Shown here: positions 39,731 through 53,304 of the stretch, one piece after another
Layout of the letters: each line of letters begins with the position of its first letter
How positions within the stretch are numbered: position 1 is the first letter of the stretch
Source: Utricularia gibba
Lineage: Eukaryota > Plantae > Magnoliophyta
DNA length: 64,000 nucleotides
NCBI GenBank assembly: GCA_002189035.1
Contig: NEEC01000023.1
Coordinates: 372,001 to 436,000 of the forward strand
Direction of reading: 5' to 3'
Translations under genes and position numbers: made by a program
The notes under the pieces: model-generated
Database searches by the model: none
Seen by the model: only the letters and a program-made list of their open reading frames with translations
Told to the model about the DNA's origin: nothing

Positions 39731-41328
39731 ATGATGACGTTGACGAGATCTCATCCTCCCCGTGGATTTGCTACACCTCACCACACTGGAGATAACAAGA
39801 GGGAACACGATGGGACTGAATCATCATCCTCATGGAGCGCCCTCGTGTCTGAGCTTCTCCTGGAAATTATGCGCCGGGTGGAGGCCAAAGACGTCGTCGC
39901 CAGCAGCGGAGTTTGCAGGCGTTGGAGGGAGGGTATCATGGAGACTGCTCACAGGGGTTCTCTCCTTCGCCCCGGAAACATCATGTCTCATTCACTCAAA
40001 GAGGTATGCTTTTCTACTCCTCGTGTCTCCTGCATTTCTTCTTCTCCTTCACGTTTTTCCGTAATGTGAGATCCAGCGTGCAGGAGACTACGAAAACCAC
40101 ATCAAAAGTCTGAATCAATCTCCCTTGGGATTTTGATTTGGATTCAATTTTTGGTGTGGTTCGTTTGTCTTATTCCCTTGTTGCAGTGATTTCATCCATG
40201 TGGTTTCACCATGCAATACTTAGCTTTGTGCAGCCAGGGCCAGTGAACTCTCCTCATCTGTGTGTGATCAAGCGTGACAAGAAGACAGCAACCTATTGCC
40301 TGCATCTTGCTCTTCAACCACGTACGTAAGCGATCCAACCGCAGCATATTTTTCACAAGTCTCGTTTCTAATCTAATTTCCATTGCACTTCTGTAGCTGC
40401 GGCCGAAATGGGGAAGTTTCTTCTGGCTGCACGAAGGCAGCGAAAGGGACTCCATGTTGAGTACACAATATCTCTGGATGCTCAAGATTTTTCCCAGAGC
40501 AGCAATTCCTACGTTGGAAAGTTGAGGTTAGCGTTGATTCCATCTACATCAGCATTCCATGAATCATGATTATCGCAAATTGTTGACAATGAAAACCCAT
40601 ATCACATTCCCAAGTGGGAACGACAGCAACGAGTATGAGATGAGTTGGCATTCAACTCGTTGTTTTCTCTTATGGGGCCAATATGTGTAGCACTCTTCTT
40701 TACTTTTTATCTTGTCCATCGATCTTAAAAGCAATCTTGAAGGTTTGAATCTCCTCCAATGGCATGAAGTTGTGTTACTGTTCTATCTTGAGTTTCCAGG
40801 TCTAATATCTTGGGCGACCACTACACAATCCTGGGTGGCAAAGGCCGCATTGCAAGCAAGCAAATTAGTCCACAAGTGCATGCCGACAGCCTCGAGATCA
40901 CACATGTCCACTACGAGCTCAATCTCTAGAAAACAAGAGGGCTAAGGAGGATGGTCTGCTCAACAACGTGGCACCCCGCACAGAAACCCTCAGAACACTC
41001 AGAGGGGTCCAAGCGCGGTGGAAGCACTGGTTGGGGACACACGCCTCCACGATATACGGCCCTGAGAAACAAGACTCCACTATGGCACCAGGAGCTCCAG
41101 TGCTGGTGCCTGAACTTCCAGGGAAGAGTGACGGTTCCGTCAGTGAAGAACTTTCAACTCTTAAGCACGATGGGGAAGAGCAAGAGTGAGGAGGAAGGTG
41201 TGATTGTTCTGCAGTTCGGCAAGGTGGGGAATGACACGTTTACCATGGATTATATGCGCCCACTTACACCATTTCAGGCGTTTGCCATCAGCTTGACTGC
41301 CTTCGGAACCAAACTGGGATGCGAATAA
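39731..41328 (+). pseudogene. Tubby-like F-box protein (TLP7-like) with an in-frame TAG at 40927
   Basis: F-box [70 protein letters not shown] and [18 protein letters not shown]. Confidence 0.75.
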
Positions 41329-42179
41329 GGCTTGCTTTTCAGGTCTACTCTCTGATCATCCTTTGGAAACCCCTGCATTGCACACTGTTCCTTGAACTAA
41401 TTACTATTTTGATGCAATAACTACATCTTGTTCGGCAATAAGGAATGGACTCAAGTGGCGCATATAAATGATGCTCTGGGATCCAGATCAGCAGACAGTG
41501 ACCACAAAACCAGTATGATGTCTCCATTTTCTTGGGGCTGCTTAAACCCTCTGAATTCCCAATCTTGAGCTGATGGCCCTTTTCTGATTAGTCCACCATT
41601 TCTCATTGCCTTGTCATCTTCACTTCCCTCCTAAAATACTCCTCCCATCAGTCCCACGCCATGTCATGCCTTTGTCTTCTGTTCTGTCTTATCTTGGGGA
41701 CATGCATTCTTCATGCCAGTTCTCCTGCTCCCACTGACATTTTTCAACACCAGGGACGATTCCAAATTGGACAGTCAAAAACTTCTGGAAGGGCGCCTCA
41801 TCCTGAAAGCTACTCCACAGTTGACAGGTTCAGTTTTTAAAACATATTCCTGAGTACTCTGCATGATGCCATTTGGACGCCACATGTTATGTTGCTGTCT
41901 TTTCTTCCCTTCATTTTGCTGGTAAATTTTATGGCTTTCATGAAAAAGTATACCTTTTTTATTGATAAAATGATTGAATCACAAAATAATCAATGGCTTT
42001 GTCATGTTCATCGTCTATCACTTCACTTGAACCATCCAGATATCAAATACACACCTCCTTTGCTTCCCGGACTCCCCCTTTCCAATGGCCGGAGGCAGAG
42101 AACAGCCGGCCTGATCAACGGCCTCGTCGGAATCATCTAATCTGATCTCCACCGTGCAAACTGCTCCAAGATGCTTGCT

Positions 42180-44843
42180 TTAGATACTGTAATGTCTGAT
42201 GGATGACTCCAGCACTTGAGGACTTGGACATATCATTTCCTTCACTATGCTCCCTTTTCTGTATATTTTGAAAGTGGGAACTATTCTTACATTCTCAGCT
42301 TCAGCTACTGCTGCGGCTTCCTCGATATCCACCTGTTGTGCAAACCAGAGGATTAGTCCACACAAAACCCCATCAATCACTCAGTGCCATCCCATTTGCT
42401 TTGCTGACCTTGAGAAAGTTCACAGATGGATACTTGATGCGCAGTGTGTCGAAGAACGGAGACATCTCGTTGCATTCCACGTTCGAATCTGTTCTGAAGT
42501 GAACCACACAAGCACCTGTGCAACAATCCATATGCAATACCAATGACCACCATCCTGGGATTGCATCCAAACTCAAATGAATTGCAGGGAACACACTTAC
42601 CGTGAGACATCGAAATCGCAGCTTTGAACTGCTCAACGCTTGAAACAGACTCCACTTCCCCAGCTGACGCTTCTTCACCGAGTGACTTCTTCAGTTCAGC
42701 TTGAGCATGGAGCAGCGCATTTGCAATCTCGGAGTCGTTTGGAAGATCTTTTCTCAAAGCCTCGTAGTCCCTCACAGCTTCCCTCCATTGTTTGAGCTAT
42801 AAAGAAGAGAAGCACACATGAAACCATCCATTGTCTGCACAAGAAGCAGGTACAGTGCTCTACCTTAGAATTTGCAGCAGCCCTCCGAAGTAGAGCTTTC
42901 GCGTAGTTGGGTCGAATTCGAAGAGCTTGGTTGCAATCATCTATGGATCGCTCCCACTGACCGAGCTTAAACCAGCAAGCTGCCCTGTTACAGTAAAGAA
43001 CTGAATTTGTGGGATCTAAATGCAGCCCTTCAGCATATGCTGAACAGGCCTCAGTGAACCTCTCCGATTTGAATAGATCATTGCCACGGCCACGAGCTCG
43101 GGTGACCAACTTCACATTGTTCAGCAAAACTGAGATTTCTGCAATTTGAGGGTCTTTTCTTCCAGCTTTTTCAGCATGCATGAGCGCATCATCAAACCTG
43201 CATACGGAGGACCATTGCTGAGAATCTGTTCTGAGGTTATACAAAAACCATGCATTTCTAACAAACCTTCCTTGTGACAGCTCAATTTCGCATCGAACAA
43301 AAGAAATATATGACTCCGGAAGCATCCCGAATATCCTGGACTTTGATATCGCAGCATATTCAACATTTAACAAGGCTACAATGGCATCATCCAGTTGATG
43401 GAGCTTCAACAAGGCTTCTGCTCTGCAAGCGAAAAACTGAAACAGATACAAATAGCAGCATTTTCAGTAAAACAAGGCTAGTGAATTCATTGTTTATGAA
43501 CACTGTATCACCTGAGGTGAAGCATCAGCTCCTGAAGCGATTGCTGCATCGATTTCCCTCAATACGGTTTTCCAGTCCCCAGCTTTTCGAGCATTGCTGC
43601 ACTTACTCAAATGCTGCTCTACACATTGCAATTTCTGCAACTCCATTGAGTCTTCCTGATGTCCAGGTAAACAAAGGTGCTTCCTCGCTTTCTCCAGTTG
43701 CCCAAGACTGCAATTCTTGATATTTTAACAGATATGCAAATTCCAAGGACTGAACTAATCAACACATAAGGCAATTAGTAAAAGAATGTTCTCATTCTCA
43801 ACGACTACAACCGTCCAGCCAAGAAACATGAAGCACAAAAAGCGGTATTTCATGTCCAATACAGAAACCATATGAAGCTACAGATATGGATCGCTAGATT
43901 CTAAACTAAGACACGTTGCAACAATGACGAATAATTGATCATGTCGCCACAAACGATTCAATCTTCATTGAGCACAAGATCGCTTCAAGTATTCAAAACT
44001 TTACCTAAGAAGCAGAGATCCAAGACGATGGTGAGCCTTAACGTATCCTGGATCCAACTTAACAGCCTCCTCACACTCCTCCGCCGCTTCCACCAAACGC
44101 TTCAAACCCATTAAAGCGGCAGAGCGATTGAATCGATATGCAGCGTTGCTAGGCGACATAGCAATAGCTTTATCGTAAAAGCTCAAAGCCTCCGCGAAGT
44201 TACCTTTTCTGTAATGGAGGTTCCCCATTCTTTTAACCTCCTCGGGATCACAATTGCTGCTGCTACCCACAGGCATACTCCTCTTCCCCGGATCCGCACC
44301 CACCATTAACCCTTTCGAGTAAGTAAGAGACCCTGCATCCGGTGTGGGTTTCGCCGGAATACTGCTGCGCATTATGCTGCCGTGCCCATAATTCACCCCA
44401 CCAGAACCCAATACCTCGGGCCTCGATGCCCGGCTAGGGATTCCCGGTTTGAAAATTCGCCCGGAGGGACAAATGTTGCCCGTGGGGAAAGCATTAACGG
44501 GGGGAGATGTGACGGAACTGCCCAAGGACTCCGATTTACTACTACAGGGCTTGGTGTTTCGAGCAGCAGAAGGGGAACTCTCCACTGAAATCTCTCCAGA
44601 ATGGTTGCTTGTATTGGACTGGGGTTTTTTGAGGAGATCCGGATCCGTGGAAGCCCTCATAGATCCAGAAGAACTGGAGCTGCTACTCGTAGTAAACCCG
44701 CCGCCGCGCGTGCGTGAACGGAGCGGGGAAATGGGTGAACCCAGATCAAGTTCCTTGAAATCCGGCTTGTCCTCATTACCCACAACCGGGGAAAGGTTCC
44801 CCAACCCTGTGTCGGAGTTGGGCTTCGACATTTGGTGGGTCAT
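42180..44843 (-). CDS. TTL: TPR repeat-containing thioredoxin (TTL family)
   Basis: [51 protein letters not shown] and a C-terminal thioredoxin-like domain ending IVPTFKIY...MICPS. The start is 44843 or 44831. Confidence 0.92.
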
Positions 44844-47358
44844 AGAACACACTAACACCGTCAATCCTTGAGAAAACAGGATTGTGAAGAAGATGGCATG
44901 GAGTGCCCCGGTAGACAACCCAAAAAAGGACGAGGAAGCGGGGATCTCGTGAAGATGAAGAGAGAAGAAGGTCAATAAACAATTTATAAACTAGAGCCGC
45001 ATACAGAAACAGGGAAGCAAACAAAGCTCCTTGATCGACCGATCGATCGCCCCCCGCCTTCCTCCTTCCTCCCCTTCTCTTTCTCTCTTCTCAAAGTGCA
45101 CCAGCAAATCAATCTAATCTAATCTAATCTGCCGCCCACCCCATCCGCTGTCTCTCCTCCTCCTCCTCCCCATTTACGCTACCCCTGCTGTGCTGACTGC
45201 TGGCTGACTCACTCTCCCTCCTTCCTTCCATTTCCCACTTGTAATAAATATCGTTTTCCCAGAAACTCCACATAAACAGTTAAAACCACAGCTTCATCGT
45301 CCCATTATCCTCGTGATTTCAGATTTCTGGTCTGTAGGATGATAGATGCATGGATAGATGGATGGATGGACCAACCAACCAACCACCGCTACTCCCCCTT
45401 CTTTTTAATTCACCCTTAACCATGTGTTTGGTATTAAATTAGAAATTAAACAAATGATTTTGAAACATAATTCATTCCTATTTAATAATAAATTTTAAAT
45501 TTAAATATAAAAACATAAAAATATATTATATTTCTTTTCTCCATTATTTTTTATTTCTAATGATTCCATCCCATCCTTTAAATAAAATCATTTTAATTAT
45601 ATTTAATACTTCGATAATTGCAAAATTTCTTTTTTTTTTAATTTGACAATTGATTACAAAATTATTTCTTACAAAAAAAAGAAAAGTTTTAATGTTACAT
45701 CACAGGCTGCAGCATTTACATCTTCATCAGCAGGCATCTCTTCATTAAATAAAAAAACACACCCACTATTAAACACTTGGGAGTGCACTTTGCATTAGAA
45801 ACTTCTTCCTTGTATTTTCTAGAAGGATCTGGACTATTATTAAAGGGAAAATTGTGGGAATAATTCTCACTGTTTATAATTGATTTGGACAAAGATTGTT
45901 TTAATCCCCATCATTTCAAAATCATTTATAATTGATTTTAAGTGTTTGAAAATGGGACAAAAATAGTAATCACTATTTACATTAATGAGATAATTCATTC
46001 TAATTTCATATCTTAATTTTTTTTCTCAATTCAATTATTGATTATAACTTGTATTTAAAACTAAAAACAAAAATTATTGAAGTAAAAATATTAAGAACTA
46101 AATATGTCAAATATAGAAACTAAATCTATATGCCGCGGAGTACCCTATAATTAAAATATCTTTTCTGACATTTTATGTTCATCAATACATTTTCTTTTTT
46201 GATTGAAAACTATTTTATTGAGGATTATGTATATTTTTTGTGAAAAATAATGATGGGATGAATGGATAAAAATGTAAATGTACCCCACTTTTATAATCAT
46301 TTGGAAAAAAGAAATAATAATAATAATAAATAAATAAATAAAACAAAAAAAAAAGAAAAAGAACAGCAGGTGGGAGGCACGGTGTTATAAATAGGACAGT
46401 TATATTATTACGTACCTGTAAAGAAGGGAGGTATGCCGACAAAAATCACATTCATTGTTCCATCCAACTGGATCCATTTTTCCGACCAATATTTAATAAT
46501 TAATAATTTACTTAAAATAAACAAAAATAATTTATATCCAAAAATTTAGAAATGTTTTTTTCTTAAAAAAACAATTGGGGGAATTGGTGGATGTGAGCCC
46601 CACCACGACCAGCCCATTCCTCAAATGGTTGTGATCTGTCGGGATTAGGACACGTAATCATTTTCACCAGCCGCTTTTTTTATATCTTTTTCCGAAAGCG
46701 TCATCTTCTGTTACCTCTTCTTGAACCGACCGCCCGGCCGGCCGGCTGGCAACCTTCCAGTAAATTACGGTTTTACCCTTTTAATAAATTCTCCAATAAA
46801 GCCCAATTGTTGATACTGCTGGCCCATAAGCCCAATGTTTATTAAACTGCCAGGCCCATTATAAAGCCCACCATGGCTGTAATCTCTTTCTTTGAATTAT
46901 GATTTATATTTACAAAATATATATTATTATTAAAAGACATTTCCTACAATAAATATTTTTTATTATGTATTTAACGCAAAGTTAAATATGATTGATTCAT
47001 TTTAGATGCATACTCAATTAAATTTAATTTTTAAATATAATTAAAAATTTAAGAACTCGATTCGATTTATTTAATTGAAAAATGAATTCAATTCTGTTAT
47101 TAAAACAATGACTTCGAATGCGTGAAAGGGGAATGTGGCGGAGGGTAAAATGGGTATATGGAATATGTGTGGGGATGATATTGTAATTTGTGCGTTGAAC
47201 GGAAAATCAGGAACCCTTGTCGGAGGAAGAAAGCCTTTCATCGGAAAAAACAATTCCATGTGGAAATTTCAATGTGATTTTGTGGTGCTGGTGTACGAAA
47301 ATTGTGTATGAACCAGACAGAGATTAGAATGGTAATTACAACAAAAACTTCGCAAACC

Positions 47359-48180
47359 TCAATCTCCATACCCGCAAAATCCATGCTCACACTTGGTTCC
47401 CTTGGCGCATTTCAGGTTGCATCTCCCGCAGTTATTCCGGTCCCGGAGAACGTCTTTGCAGGTGCCGTGGCAGCACAGGTAATTCGGCTTGCATTTCCGG
47501 CCGCAGCGGCCGCAGTTGTTCCTGTCGCCGCGGGTATCTTTGCAAACCCCATTGCAGCAACGGTACCCGGGCTTACATTTCACGCCGCACCGGCCGCAGT
47601 TTCTGTGATCAATGTGAACGGTCGAGCATTTTCCGTTGCAGCACGTCTCCCCGGAGCCGCATTTCCGGCCGCACCGGCCGCAGTTATTCCGATCGTTCTG
47701 GACAGATTTGCACTTCCCTTTGCAGCAACGCTCCCCCGGCAAGCACCTCTGGCCGCACCGGCCGCAGTTATTGGGATCACGGTACACGTCCTTACACTTT
47801 CCACGGCAGCATCGCGCCCCCGGCCCACATTTCCGGCCGCAACGGCCGCAGTTGCTGTTATCGGTGAGCACATCCACACAGCGGCCATGGCAGCACCACA
47901 GGACCATGCCGCCAATTCTTAATCGGTTGCAAATGTTGTGCCTCCCAACCTGGCACTTATCCCCCTTCTTGACCTTGCTGGTCTGCGAGGCCAAGAACCT
48001 GCTGGTTCTGGTAAGGTTGAAGTAGCCGATGGGCGCATCAAGCGCGTAATCCTGGTCATCCTCCTCGTCCTCATCTTCCTGGGCGTCCCCGTACTGAAAC
48101 CCCTCCTCCCCATTGAGCTTGTGGGTCAAAAGCATGAGCACGAGGACGAAGAGAATGGGCACGTTCCTGAAGCTGCCCAT
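47359..48180 (-). CDS. Secreted STIG1/GRIM REAPER-family Cys-rich protein with six tandem 28-aa repeats, intronless, 273 aa
   Basis: Signal peptide, SRFLA motif, six copies of CCxGxC...DxxNCGRCxxxC, and the terminal CEHGFCGYG that matches the STIG1 C-terminus. Confidence 0.9.
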   Translation of the reverse strand: MGSFRNVPILFVLVLMLLTHKLNGEEGFQYGDAQEDEDEEDDQDYALDAPIGYFNLTRTSRFLASQTSKVKKGDKCQVGRHNICNRLRIGGMVLWCCHGRCVDVLTDNSNCGRCGRKCGPGARCCRGKCKDVYRDPNNCGRCGQRCLPGERCCKGKCKSVQNDRNNCGRCGRKCGSGETCCNGKCSTVHIDHRNCGRCGVKCKPGYRCCNGVCKDTRGDRNNCGRCGRKCKPNYLCCHGTCKDVLRDRNNCGRCNLKCAKGTKCEHGFCGYGD

Positions 48181-49904
48181 CTTTGTTCTTCAATGAACAA
48201 AAGACGCGACATTTATTCAAAGCCTCCCACAGATTCCAAACTGAAAGCCTTTTAAATTGTCAATGTTTAGCAGTAATTAGTACGAATAAAAGGGGATAAT
48301 TAAGCTCGATTCTCGCCCTGATTTTCCCATCAACTCAACCTTAATTAAAAGCATTAGGAGAACATGCGGAATTCGGATCGAGGGCTGGAATTCGCTGACT
48401 TTTGATGTCGTGACGGGAAGAAAAATGATTTGGCATTAACATCGGGAGGGGGCAGAAGGGGGGCGTTTCAAAAACCCTAATTTTAACCTAAGCCGTTGAC
48501 TAGTAACAAGCCTGATCATATTCCAATATGTCGCGCTTTGACTCGTGGCCAACTTGCCAAGCTATTTGTCAACGGGTGGATTTGTCGTAAATGCCCTCCT
48601 TGTCTCTTCCTTCACTATGCACGTGGATGCCAAACATATATTTTACAAAATTACTTTTATTATATTTAAAATAATTTTAAAATTTATAAACAATTCTCAT
48701 TTTTTAAAAAAAATGGAGAGATTCAATTTATATTCTATTAAAAGTAATTTTTTTCAAAATGAATACCTAATAAACCCTAAATCTATTTTATTGATGTGGA
48801 GGGGCATGGATGCCGTTTGAATTTAAAATAGTTTATATTAATGAAAAAATAATTTGAAAATGAATATTATTTTCTAAACGGATGATTTATATTTCTAAAA
48901 AGAATGCAAATTTAACATTTTTCTCAATTTAATAAGTTTTTTATTATAAATATATTTTTTAAAATAGTAAAACCGAATAAAAACTAAGTAGGGTGTGTGT
49001 GTTGATGTCAAGGCGTCTAGGGCGACTAGAGGGAGTCCAGACTGTACGTCATGTTAATACATAATAATTATGGGGGGATTAATTAATTACACTCAATCTT
49101 TCAATATTCTGACCGGAAATTCTCTTTTTCTTTTTAATTCTTTTCGTTGATCTTGCTTAACTTACAATTATAAATCTTTTAGAGAGTGTTTAATAGTATA
49201 ATGCAGAAGATTTGTATTCAAATTTACATATAAAACGTTGTTTGATTAATTAACATATATATATATATATATAATTTTATATGATTATATCACTAATATA
49301 TTTATTTTTTAAACATATGAGTAATATACACAAATATATTCAAAGAAGTTTAATTTTATCTATAAAAATCACATATTTAAATTTATATTTTTTAATATTA
49401 AACATTATATACAATTAAATATAAATATATATATATATATATTCAATTACATTATACTTACATATATTAATATTTTACTTTCAAACAATCCGTTATTGTT
49501 TCAAATTTTCATTAATAATCATGTATTTGAATTATTTATTTGTACAGATTATATACTTAAAATTTTAAAATTTTTGTATTTTTAAATATATATATTTAAA
49601 ATAATATTGTGTATAATGAAAGATAAAAAAAACTGTAACACATTGATTAGAAACTAAACATTGGAAACAATCCAATCCCTTAGGAAAAAGTGTTCAAAAT
49701 GATTATTTAGAATGAAACAACCTCATTTGAAGCAACATCCGGGAGCACAACAACACAAAATGGATCAAAATGGAGGCATCCGTCGCACAAAACTAAGATG
49801 TTTTTTGATGAAACGGAAAGCTCGCACAGAAGAAGAGCTGCCTCGCTCAGAGCTCATATGGGATCAGACCATGGTGAGGATTGTGTCAAGAACTCGGGGG
49901 TTTT

Positions 49905-52525
49905 TCATTTGTTAGGGAAGGTTACCTTCTTATGGTCAATATTTGCAAGGTGAATGCAGATTGTCCAGCCATCTCCTTCTGTCGTCCAAGCAATGCCTTG
50001 CTCCTCCAGAAGCCTCGTCATCTGCAAAGCAAAAGGTTCAGCATTTTCATGAAAGTTCCGTCTGGCATGAGTATGGGAACAACCGCACACATACAGCTCG
50101 TTTTCGTTGCCTGTCTTTCCTGTTTTCGTTGTTGGTTCCAGTTACAAGCATCAAGTTGCGAACGTCTGAAAGAAATATGTATCCATCCAAAGCCAGCATC
50201 AGCAGAAGAACTGCACGGTAAGGAGAAACCAAGTTCAGGTCTAAAAAGCTTACATGGCATGCCAGCAAGGTTGGTCAGGAGAAGCTTCATCTGGTCTAGA
50301 GCAGCCTTTGGCTCAAAGTAATGCATGTTGGCATGGAAATCTTCCAGCTTATCACTGCATTGAGACAGGAGGGTTTTCTAAAAATCAGGGAGCTAGGAAT
50401 GGAACATCGAGATGAATACAAGAAATGCAATATTCAAAATCAACCGGTCATCTATCAGAATTTTAGCAGATTCCTCATCAGCTTCACGAGCCTTCCTCAT
50501 GTAAAAGGCACCCTAAAACCTCCACCATCAACGATAACATTAACAACGTTAGGCTTCTTGGTAAATAAAAGGTTTATGGAATCACGATGGCGTGCATAGT
50601 TATTTCCAAAATTGAAGTACAATGTAAAGGGTCCTACCATTTCCATTAGAGTTTTCGCTTTTTCAATATCCCCCTTAGCATATGCATCTGCTCCCTGTAT
50701 GGGGAGAGAGTAAATGGATTCGTAAAAGCCGAATAGAATGAAAAACGAACTCTGCATATGTAAATATATACCCTCTGAACCCACACTACAGTGAAGGCTT
50801 ACCGCTTTGAGATAATCTTTCATTAAACTCCAAAACTCCTTCACAGCTCGGCGCAACTCCTCATACTTGCCCTCATTTACTTCTTGGTCTAATAAGAGAA
50901 TGAAATTCGTCAACTTCTGAACAGAAAACTCGCATCATCTAATAAGAGAATGAGATTCATTTACTTCAACTGATTCTTGACGTCAAGTCACAGTCCATAC
51001 AAGTCATACCTGTTCTTTCAACTGGGCATCGTGTAATGAATGTAAAATCCGTTATTAACTCCTCGTCTAGTGGTTTGCTCACGATCTCACCATACACTCC
51101 GCGCCTACTTTTTCTGGGAGGATGTTGCTTTGGCTTCTCTTCAACTTTTTCATGGAAATTAAACAGTGACTCCAAAACTTCTCTTTGGATATCTTTTGTC
51201 TTAATTTCTGTCTCAGCTTGCACTGCTTCTTCTCCACTGCTAGCATTTGTTCATATGAAACACAAGGAATTAAACCCTAAGATTTTACAGCCCCATCAGG
51301 CGCAAGCAAAAAACTGAAGTGTAAAGGGGAAAGAATATCCATCATTCTTTTGTACTGCAAACCTACCCTGGAAGAGGATCAGGACACCGATATCCAGGTA
51401 CAGTAGACACTGCCCCCGCATCAGCATTTTCATTCGAAGAAATCGCAGGCTGCAGTTACAGTTAACACGAGATCAAAACGTTATTTCAGTTATCATCAGT
51501 GATTGCTATTAGGTTCACATAACTGATCCTAACATATAACCACCACCAATTACGGCCTATCTGAACCGAATGATTCAAGAGTTTCTCATCATGCATTTCA
51601 TCCCACAGCATATGCTTAACTACCCGTTTTCATCCGACACATGACACTCAGTGGAGAACATATAAATCGAGGATACATACAAGGGGCAGGACATACATCT
51701 CTTATACCTGAACCTAACAGGTCATCGTTCTTCTCAAGAGTCCCTGCTGAAATATCGACAAGCTTGTCAATGCTCTGCATCGTTTTGCACAAAAAGTTAG
51801 AAAAAGAAGGAATGACTGATTCTGTGATGCAACACATAAACAACCACAGCTAGAGAAGGTTTACACGATGGAAAAACATACCGTGCACATGTTGTAACCG
51901 CACTGACCTGAAATCATAACACAAGAAGTTGATGAGCAAGAGCAAATTTTGTTAACAACTTGCCGAAGCAAAAGGAACGGATATCAGTACCAATGATGTC
52001 TTGGACGACACTCTTTTCCAACTGAAACCCATCGCCGAGCATCTCAAACAGAAATTTTCCAACATCGGACTCCAAGGGCTCCGCAACAAGAGCATGCTCC
52101 GGTTCACTTTTCTCATCCCAGATCTCAGAAGCCGGAATATCATCACTACTCAACTTCACGGTCTCGGCCTTCTCAAACACTTCAAACGAATTCGCTTTAC
52201 GTTTCATGTAATCCTTTCCAATTACATCCGACACTGTTCCAATCGATGCTGACGGAACTCTGGACTTAGACTTCGCATTCCTAGGGTTCTTCACGGTACG
52301 CCATTCACAAGATGGAGGTGCTCCATGTCCCGATTCTTCTTTTCGGAAAGAAGGCCCATTGTCGCCTTGCATTGAACACAGCTTTTCAGCGGCGACCTGT
52401 AAATCTTTGCCCGCTTCAGCGTACGCGGAAGCCATGTCCTCAAGAGAGACGAAGGAACCAAAGGCTTCCAGCAAAACCTTGAGATTGCTGGTGTCATTTT
52501 CGTCGAGAACTGCCGCTGTACTCAT
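49905..52525 (-). CDS. SDE5: SDE5-like protein (DUF1771 + Smr-type C-terminus), multi-exon
   Basis: NLKVLLEAFGSFVSLEDMASAY, GKFLFEMLGDGFQL, AVKEFWSLMKDYLKAA, FYMRKAREADEESAK, LHYFEPKAAL and IAWTTEGDG. Confidence 0.78.
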
Positions 52526-53304
52526 CCTTCAAGAAACTTGGAGATGCCCAGAGAAAACTCCCTCGGCTAGGAATCAAGAAATTGCCGACTGAGGATTTCT
52601 CTATTGCATCAGCGGTGTGGTTCCACCGCCCCTTTTGCTGACGCGTACATATTATATATTTCAATAATTTTTGAATTGATTCTATTTAATCTTTAAATAT
52701 TTCAATCTTTAATATTTTTGTAATAAAATCATAAATTCAGATTATCTGATATAACATTAAATTATATAATAATTTAGTATATTAAACTTTATAATATATA
52801 TTTTATTTTATTAAATTTTATAATATCTTGCAAAATTGTTTTATAATCTCAAATTAATTCTATTATTCACAATATGAACCATAACTTCAAATTAGAGAAC
52901 ATGTCCATACATTATATGCAACAAAAATTAATAAATAAAATACTAAATGCAATCTAAAATTAAACTATATTCAATTTAAATTTATAATTTATTAGATTGA
53001 CTTCAATAACTTTTAGACATTAAAAATTTTAATTTTAAAATGATTTTCTTAATAATTATATTTTATTATAAATACATTACAAATTAATAAATAGGATTTA
53101 AATTTATTTAGAAACTAGCAATTGAATCGACTACTAGTCGTTAATAAAACAGAAAGCAATCATTTGAGCGTAAGCATTGAGGTAGGTGATGTGTTTCCAT
53201 CGGTCATCCCGCACCTCCTCTCCTGCAATTTAAGCACTTGTCCTCAGCCTCAGCCGATCAAAACTCCAGTCTTTCTCTACTTCTTTTCCCCTCTTTCTGT
53301 CTTC

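Noticed and set aside
47302-48025. Ala/Pro-rich repetitive ORFs (206, 129 and 111 aa)
   Set aside because: They are antisense or alternative-frame shadows of the STIG1 repeats.
48440-48620. G-rich tract followed by AAACCCTAA, superficially like plant telomerase RNA
   Set aside because: No USE/TATA type-3 promoter, too short a template and no C-rich 3' partner. It is more simply a telobox upstream of the STIG1 gene.
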